DNA of 64,000 nucleotides from Octopus vulgaris. Lineage: Eukaryota. The position numbers and the translations under genes were made by a program. The notes under the pieces were generated by a model. The model saw only the letters and a list, made by a program, of their open reading frames with translations. It searched no databases and was not told where the DNA came from. Shown here one piece after another: positions 55,201 to 64,000 of the stretch (within the stretch, counting starts at the first letter, position 1; each line of letters starts with the position of its first letter). Location: assembly GCA_951406725.2 (NCBI GenBank), contig OX597827.1, positions 51,956,001 through 52,020,000 on the forward strand, written 5' to 3'.

Positions 55201-55742
55201 TATGTAAGCTTTTGCTGTTAAAATATAATTATATGTGCATGTGGCCACGTGTGTGTATGCATTGTGACAACACTACTGACAGAGTTTGAAAATACAGTTT
55301 CATTTGGAATAGAAGATGTGGAGATGGATAAGCGAAATATTAAACAGGAAACTGGCGCAAAAACACAATTTGGACACTTATAAATAATTTCTGTTTCATC
55401 TTATTCCTTGAGACCACTATGACAAGCAATCAAGAAAAACGTTATCTTTTTATATTCTCTTTCTTTCGTTATAGCTTCTATTTGCATATCAAGTTTGGCA
55501 ATGGTGACATCGTTGTTAAGAGAACGTTGGACAATTGCCAGAATACTGACAGTTAAAAAGATCACAACGAAATTTCGTTCAAGCTCCATGTTTAGTCAAT
55601 AATTTTCAATATATTGTCATTTTGTTGCCAAGTTATTTTTACTGTTTTTCACTTCGAATTCTCAGCGTTGCCTAACAATGGGAAAATCACGAGCCAAACA
55701 CCAAGACTATATGTGTGTGTGTACAAATACATACATACATAC

Positions 55743-55801
<59 letters not shown>

Positions 55802-55849
55802 GGCAACACTAGGTCTTGTTCGAGATATATACTTATAAAGTGACACACA

Positions 55850-56322
55850 GTTACTGAAATCGTAAAGAGGAAAACCATTAGTTTTGATGTCATCAATCTT
55901 TATACCAATATACATCACACTAAGCAGTCAAGCACTGGGTAGAGAAACATATAGGACGGATAAATGAACGCTTCAAGACTGACTTCATCACGAAGGCCAC
56001 ACGCCTGGTACTAGAAGAAAATACCTTTAGATTCGATAATAAAACATATCGACAGTTAAAGGCACGGCTATGAGGACCCGGTTTGCACGCTCATATGCGA
56101 ACTTAGTCATGGGATACTTGGGAAAAAAACTTTATAAGGAAATAGAGAAAACTTTTGATCGGAAGTACAAGAAATATATCATTAAAAAAGGAAACGCTTC
56201 CTTGATGATTGCTTCATCTTTTGGGACAGATCAAATGAAGACCTAAGTATATATAACAATATACTGAACACCCATCCATCAAATTCACGACAGAATTCGG
56301 TTGCAATGAATTACCATTCCTG
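55850..56322 (+). mobile_element. Penelope-like reverse transcriptase fragment
   Basis: SFDVINLYTNI, LEENTFRFDNKTYRQL, GTAMRTRFARSYANLVMGY, KRFLDDCFIFW, LPFL, with frameshifts. Confidence 0.85.
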
Positions 56323-56518
56323 AGTGGACTGGAGCAACGGGAAATAAAGCGTTTTGTTCAAGAACAACAACGCATCACCCAGTCCAGGAATCGAAATCAC
56401 AATCTTACAATTAGTAGTCCAACACTCTAACCACTAAGCCGCGCAACACCAGCTATAATTAATACATGTATATAATTCTTTCCTCCTGCTATAGATAGCA
56501 TTTGGGCGGGGTTATTAC

Positions 56519-56581
56519 AAGAAGAAGAAGAAGAAGAAGAAGAAGAAGAAGAAGAAGAAGAAGAAGAAGAAGAAGAAGAAG

Positions 56582-56613
<32 letters not shown>

Positions 56614-57437
56614 GAACAAGAACAAGAACAAGAACAAGAAGAACAAGAACAAGAAGAACATCAACAAGAAGAAGAAGAAGAAGAAGAAGAAGAAGAAGAA
56701 GAAGAAGAAGAAGAAGAAGAAGAAGAAGAAGAAGAAGAAGAAGAACAAGAACAAGAACAAGAAGAACAAGAACAAGAACAAGAACAAGAACAAGAAGAAC
56801 AAGAACAAGAACAAGAAGAAGAAACAGCAACAACAACAAACATGTCTACGATTAATATTGTTGACGCTAAATGTAAATATTTAGTGATAAAGTGATAAAC
56901 TGATATTGTAATAATATCGACATTGATGGCAAAGATAACGATTGCTGGTGAGGATGATTAGTAACAATGCTGATGTTTTCGTCATGGGTGTTGGTGTTTG
57001 CTGACGTTACGTCATGGGTGGGGGGCCTGCAAAGATTGTCCTGATGGTTTTTATGGGGGGTGTTTTGGTTGTAGTAACTGTTCTAACGAACAGGATCGTC
57101 ATTATTGCTGTTGTTGTTGTTGTTGTTGTTGTTTTGGTTGTTGATGTTGTTGTTGTTATTATTGGTGGTGGTGGTTGTGGTGGTGGTGGTGTTGTTGGTG
57201 GTGGTGGTGTTGATGTTGTTGGTGTTGGTGTTGTTGTTGTTGTGGTGGTGGTGTTGTTGTTGTTGGTGATGGTGGTGTTTGTTGGTGGTGTTGTTGTTGT
57301 TGTTGGTGTGGTGGTGGTGGTGGTGGTGGTGTTGTTGTTGTTGTTGGTGGTGTTGTTGTTGTTGTTGGTGGTGGTGTTGTTGTTGTTGTTGTTGGTGGTG
57401 GTGGTGTTGTTGTTGGTGTTGTTGTTGTTGGTGGTGG

Positions 57438-57479
<42 letters not shown>

Positions 57480-57503
57480 AGTGGTGGTGGTGGTGGTGGT
57501 GGT
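56519..57503. repeat. (AAG/AAC)n and (GTT/GGT)n trinucleotide tracts
   Basis: 56519-56840 and about 57105-57503; a similar (GGT)n-rich tract at about 52565-52750. Confidence 0.9.
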
Positions 57504-58043
57504 GAGACAATGGTTTGGAAATAGTTTGATAACCTAGTGATCGGGTGACGACAGCAGTTGAAATTTCTTTGATCATTTTCTGTGACGTCCACCAACGATG
57601 GAAAAACTGCAAGTCGTTAACCGAATGCTGAAGAACTATCCAAATTAATGCAGCGAGCTTTCATCTTCAAGGAATGTCAACTTGTTTTGCGCTTGTAATC
57701 ATATGTAAAAAGACTGGCTCATCATACCTACACATGAACACACGCGCACATCTTTGTCTGTAGAAGTGTACGCGCTTTTACATACACAGATACTAACATA
57801 CATGCACACACACACACATGCATACACACACATACACACACTAACAAACATACGTTAAAGCTCACACATTAAAATCACTCTGGAAAGACGAGACAAACAG
57901 AATACATGCCTATCTGCATACACTCGTTCTCACACTGACATTTATAGAAGCATACATGCAAATGTTCAGAAGAGCATATACATGTTCGTTCATTCTGGAG
58001 TGTCCACATTTGAGTTGGCGTTTGTGAGTGTATGTTTTAATAT

Positions 58044-58103
<60 letters not shown>

Positions 58104-59245
58104 CATACATACACACATACATACATGCATACATACATGCATACATGCATACATACATACATACATACATACATACATACATACATACATACATACATAC
58201 ATACATACATACATACATACATACATACATACATACATACATACATACATACATACATACATACATACATACATACATACGTACATGCATGCATGCATGC
58301 ATGCATGCATACATACATACATACATACATACATACATACATACATACATACATACATACATACATACATACATACATACATACATACATAGAAGCTGGA
58401 AGGTTATGTTTAAATATTCTAAAATATTTGGTTAGAGCTATACAGAGGGATCACGGAAACTAATAATATATATAAATATGTTTGCATGTGCGCGTGTATG
58501 AGTGTGTATTTGTGTGTGCGTGTGAGTAAGTGAGAGAGAGAGAGAGAGAGAAAGGGAGAAAGAGATAGATATATATAACTGGATTGATTTGGAAGCATCA
58601 TATATTTTTTTTTTTAGTGATAACACTATAGCTGTTGGAACATAAGTGACTCAGTGACTCTCATAACCAAGAGTTAGGGATAGAATAAAGATAAAAGTAA
58701 GGGTTACCTCCTCGAGTCATGCCGACTCATAAAAGCCGGTTTCCCGGTTTCCATGGCGTATAAATACTCCGCCTGAACGGGACACCGGTCCCCCGGAAGA
58801 TTATTAATTTGTTTCCAGCTGAATAGATAGGAAATGAAGTATTTTGCTCAAGAACACAACGCGTCATTCGGTCCAGGAATGGAAGCCACAATCTTATAAT
58901 CATGAGTCCAACACCCTAACCACTAAGCCACGCGCCCCTGCGAATAGAATCATGTGCCTTTTTAGGTAATGTGCATATGAAATGATGCATCATTGCACAT
59001 GCTGAGCCCTAGTTCAGAAGAACTTGACTGACGTGATTCTCAATACAGCTTTAGACTCCCTCTGTTTCTTCCTTAGTAACACTAAATCGCTTGTTGCACT
59101 GATCTTGGAGAAATGCATGAAAATAACCTTACTATAGGATACAGGCGTCTCTTGGGTCTTAGCCACTGGTTTCTTCGAGCAAATTTTATCCCCTAAATTA
59201 CAAGCCTATTGTGTAAGCATTTTCTACCAAAAAGTGTTAGACGTG

Positions 59246-59333
<88 letters not shown>

Positions 59334-62300
59334 TGTGTCTGTGTCTCTGTGTGTGTGTGTCTGTGTCTGTGTCCTTAACAACGGAAATATTTTCCACATA
59401 AATCCTACTTTTTTTTATGGCCGGGTTCCAAGCCGGGCCGCAGCAACAAAGTCCACCTACTACACCCCTCGGTCCAACATCACTGCCTCGAGGTTCTGGA
59501 TACATTTCAGGCCAGTGCCTGCGATCAAGTTGTCGATTTAAGTGTGATAACGTTTTCCTCTTCTTACATCACCATGAAGTGGATCCCACAAGACTAATTT
59601 GTACTCTTCCAGCTCAATGGTGACGCACGCAGCGACCAGATAGTCGCAGCCGTCTTTGCCTGATCTTCTCACTAACTTTCGGCAGGTCTCCATAAAGGCA
59701 CTTGTTTGTCATATGTTGTTGCCATTTCACATTTAGGGTCATTCGTAGCATCCCTATATAGCAGCCATCTAGCCCGTTTCATAATTTCTTTGTCAGTGTT
59801 AGTGTCTTTCTTATGGAGGGCATCGATTATTAAGGCAGCTGATGGTTACATGTGCATTATCTTCCACGTAAATGTAACAAAATCGACATTTTCGATTGCA
59901 TCTTGAGGTTTTAAAACTTCACAATATCTTGTCCAATCGGTATTTTGTAGCTGTCTCCTGATCTTGGATTGCAAAAGTAAGCTCTTCGAAATGTTACAGT
60001 TTCGAGTCCAAAGAAAGCTAGGCTTCTTTTCAATGTTAGCATCATCCATGCATGACCTCTTTTCTGTGGTGGTAGAGGTGCAAACTGCTTCTCTTCCACC
60101 CTTCTGATGTATTTACCACCGTCAGAAATTCTGATTACATGAAAAGTCACTAAGAAGGGAATATTTCTTGAAGAGTTTACTTCTCAAAGATTAGATGGTC
60201 TCCTTTCTGCTCCCTCTTTTCTTCTCAGATAGAGCTTGTCATTATCATTATTCTGCGCGGAAGCTTTCAGTTTATATCACAATCCTGTGGGCTTTAATAT
60301 CTATGTAGTGGATTTCTTCTACAGACTAATCAAGTGTACGAAACGTTGCTACCTGCGTTAAAATTGCTAATGCCTAGTTGGATATAAAATTGCAAATGCC
60401 TAGCCGGACTGTTTTAGTTTAGTCAGTCTATCTTATGGGACATTACTTTTGCATGATACATTTTCATCATTATCTCAGCGTTTGTAGTATCTTGTGTTGA
60501 GCAGTGGAAATAGAAAGACCGTTGATACAAAGGTTGGTTTGAGGTTTGAAAAGTTTTCCATGTTCATAATCAACTCCGAATATTTTCTTTGATCAAATTC
60601 GACCCCTATAGCATCTTAAATATTGTCACCTAATCGAGATGCTTCTCAGCGTAGGGAGTATTTCTATAATATATTGTTCCCAAAAAAAACTTATAGACTG
60701 CACTGGTGTGTTTTTTCTGTTGTTGAACCTAACGCAATGTAATGAACATTTTTAACAAATAGGCCTACCTTCAGGATGGAATATGAAGGCAGCTAATACA
60801 TATCCCAATATCAATTGATTTCATGCCGTGTAGTTATCGTAGAATTGGTGGTTTTCGAAGCTTTCTCTTTGATTTTTAATAAGCGGTATCTTTACCCTTC
60901 TTTTCTTCAAATATTTTATATTATACCTGTTTAGGTAGAATTCAGGCTAGCCACCTCATTATTACTGTTTTTAACAGTAATAATACTTCACATATTTACT
61001 TTTTATTGTTTAAGATATTTTTTCTCTTTAAACGGAGTGGGACAATATCACATTGGACTTTTTATGAAAGAAATAACAGTAAATTAAGTGTCAGAAGCAC
61101 TGACAATCTGTCTCGTTGGAATATTCCTTTTGAAAGATATGTGACATCGGAGAAAATTGCCTGATTTTTACTTACGAGTGTGATGGTTATTGAGCAATTG
61201 CAGTAAATTAAGGCATTAAGTACTTTCGCAACGTCCAGCAACTTCAGTAACTATGAGAGGACACTAGAATTGATGACTTTTCTGTAATCAAGCCACACTA
61301 ATAAAAATCCTGCGGTGATTTCGTACTTAAAGCAGCACAGCTTTATTGTTTAAAGTTTTTCGATACATTGGAGTAATTAGTTGAGAGTGCTTGTGTATAT
61401 TTAATGAATAATGTTTCAGCAAGAAATGAATTTGTAAGAATTAACACTTCCTTCTCCAAGCCTAGATTCGAAACCGAGTCCAAGAATTCTCGGCCGTCCA
61501 AACCACGACGATCAACAGGCGCGAAAAAAGGTTTTCTTTGTCCTGTCAAAAATTGATTGATCATCTCCCTTTGACCTGCGACCCCAGCATGTCAGGCGAA
61601 GTTCAACCGGACAGGGGCTGACCTATTTAGGTACACACTCTACTGCAGTATGTCTGTCTTTCTAGCTGCCACGATTTATTATAAATACGCTGGTAAAACA
61701 AGAAGGGCAGGCAGACGAACGAGGCAGACAAACGTGAAAGGTCTACGATACGACCGAAGGTTTTGGCAGACCGCAGAGACCGAGAGAAATGTTTCGAAGT
61801 GCCACGATAGACTACTGTCTCAAATGAACCACGCACACACGCACACACACAACCATATTCATTCCTGATATGACTTCCACAAATGTACTCTGTATTTCTA
61901 GCAACTCGTAGCACTTGCCAACATTTTGTATGTAGTGTACCTATAACGAATCAAATCCTGTAAATAAATTCTTTTCAATTATGGATCGGAATACGTATTT
62001 GTTTACATACATATTCCATTTGCATCTATGTTCCATGATGTACACCTAACCACTACAAATTTATTGTTTCCTGACAAATAAGCGTTTTCATTCTTCGTTA
62101 CAATGTTTGCCCGTGCATTGGCAATTTTGTATGTATGTATGTATGTATGTATGTATGTATGTATGTATGTATGTATGTATGTATGTATGTATGTATGTAT
62201 GTATGTATGTATGTATGTATGTATGTATGTATGTATGTACGTATATATGTATGTATGTATGTACGTATGTATGTTTGTATGTGTGTATGTATGTATGTAT

Positions 62301-62468
62301 GTATGTATGTATGTATGAATTTATATATGTATGTATATATGCACATAGTTCCTGGTTCAGTCCCACTGCGTGGTACCTTGGGCAAGTGTCTTCTATAGCC
62401 TCGACCAAAGCCTTGTGAGTGGATTTGATAGACGGAAACTGAGAGGCCCGTCGTATTTATTATATATT

Positions 62469-62552
<84 letters not shown>

Positions 62553-62560
62553 TATATATA

Positions 62561-62605
<45 letters not shown>

Positions 62606-62629
62606 TGTCTGTCTGTCTGTGTTTGTCCA

Positions 62630-63212
62630 CCACCATGGTCAACATAACTTCTTGGTCACTTGTCTTGAAGGACCTTAGTATCCATCCTGCCAGTTGTCTG
62701 CACTTCGCTGCCATCTTGGTAATGTGCATATGAAATGATGCACCATTGCACATGCTGATCCATAAGTCTTTCACTGTGTGTAACACTGGGACTGCAATGC
62801 CCCCAGGTCCTGTGTATGCAGGTCATGAGTCGATAGCGCAGTGCTTGAAATTTTCCAGTATTAAACTGCATGTTATTTACTTCAGCCCACTTGTATATTG
62901 CATTGAGGTCCCGCTGTAGGCTTGCGACGTCATCTGGATTTTTTAGTGCCTGTGACAATGTTGTATCATCGGAGTAGCTAGTGACAGTGGCTGTCCGAAT
63001 GACCGTGGGCATGTCTAAGAGGGCTACTATAAACAGTAACGACTCCAGGGGAACGCCACTTAGAATTTGAGTATCCTTGGCTGCATAGTTAGTTCAACAA
63101 TGTTGTGGTCCTGAAAGTACACTTGGCGTCACCTTCACATTATGGATAAGGTCTACATTATTTGTGAAACAAAGGTCCAAGATGTTGTTTCCCTGGTTGG
63201 CTTGCGTATCAC
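62630..63212 (-). mobile_element. CR1-like LINE RT fragment
   Basis: GVP..SLLFIV..LDMP...SYSDDTTL, LQRDLNAIYKWAEVNNMQFNTGKFQAL, GWILRSF. Confidence 0.75.
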
Positions 63213-63299
63213 TTACTCCATGAACAGTATATTAGAAAGTTCAAGTAATGACTCTACATACATTTGTTCTTGCAGTGTCATCCTAGAGAGGATGTGGCC

Positions 63300-63469
63300 T
63301 TCTCTATAAGGCTGCGCTCTCCGTATTATATCCCATTCAGGGCTAAATTCGATCCCGCTTACCTTCAGTTCCCAAATCTTGCTAGATAAGGACGTACAAT
63401 TGGCTTGATGTTTGAGTCTAAAAGACGAAAAATGATTATTGATACGTCTTCCATATTTATCGAACATCC
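63300..63469 (-). mobile_element. Penelope-like GIY-YIG fragment abutting (TA)n
   Basis: RINNHFSSFRLKHQANCTSLSSKIWELK..GIEFSPEWDII aligns with the 9479-9748 fragment. Confidence 0.65.
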
Positions 63470-63489
63470 TATATATATATATATATATA

Positions 63490-63597
<108 letters not shown>

Positions 63598-63732
63598 CCA
63601 GCCCCAGTTATGATTGTACATTAACAAATTACGCTTTGGATTAGACATCGACTTAATAACGGACAGTGAGATTTAACTCTACAATTGCAACCAGGAGCAT
63701 TACTAATATTAATATTACTGATATTCCTACCA

Positions 63733-63832
<100 letters not shown>

Positions 63833-64000
63833 CACTACAATAATCTGTTATTTTTATTATTGCTATTATTATTATTTATACTTCCTTCAATAGAAGTATC
63901 ATTTAAGAAAAGTAATTTCATGGTTGTACCTTGCCTTAGACAAAGAGAGGTTATCGTGGTGGAAATGAGTATTAAAAATGTCTTTATTTGCTGATAATTT

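Overview
Eukaryotic, AT-rich, microsatellite-dense DNA, most likely a cephalopod (Octopus-like). That assignment is inferred from the APGWamide precursor, the SINE families and the repeat load. There are two real host genes. One is a single-coding-exon C2H2 zinc-finger gene (+, 1039-4155) built from three near-identical 3-finger modules. The other is an APGWamide neuropeptide precursor (-, main exon 31547-32348) with a TATA/Inr core promoter and a probable 11-nt terminal coding exon at 22096-22106. The rest is transposon-derived: mariner, DD41D, Merlin and hAT DNA transposon remnants; CR1, RTE, Tx1 and R4/Dong LINE fragments; Penelope RT and GIY-YIG fragments; and several tRNA-derived SINE families. 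The most striking unexplained structure is a population of more than ten minimal type I hammerhead ribozyme motifs. They sit in (i) non-coding fold-back (palindromic) elements inserted in (TA)n tracts, (ii) short (TA)n-associated repeats, and (iii) a tRNA-headed SINE with a 5' fold-back and a 3' hammerhead, itself split by a (TAA)n-targeting Dong-like LINE. Together these point to a Penelope-driven system of ribozyme-bearing non-autonomous retroelements. Most short ORFs in the track are microsatellite artefacts. All alignments and folds were done by eye.
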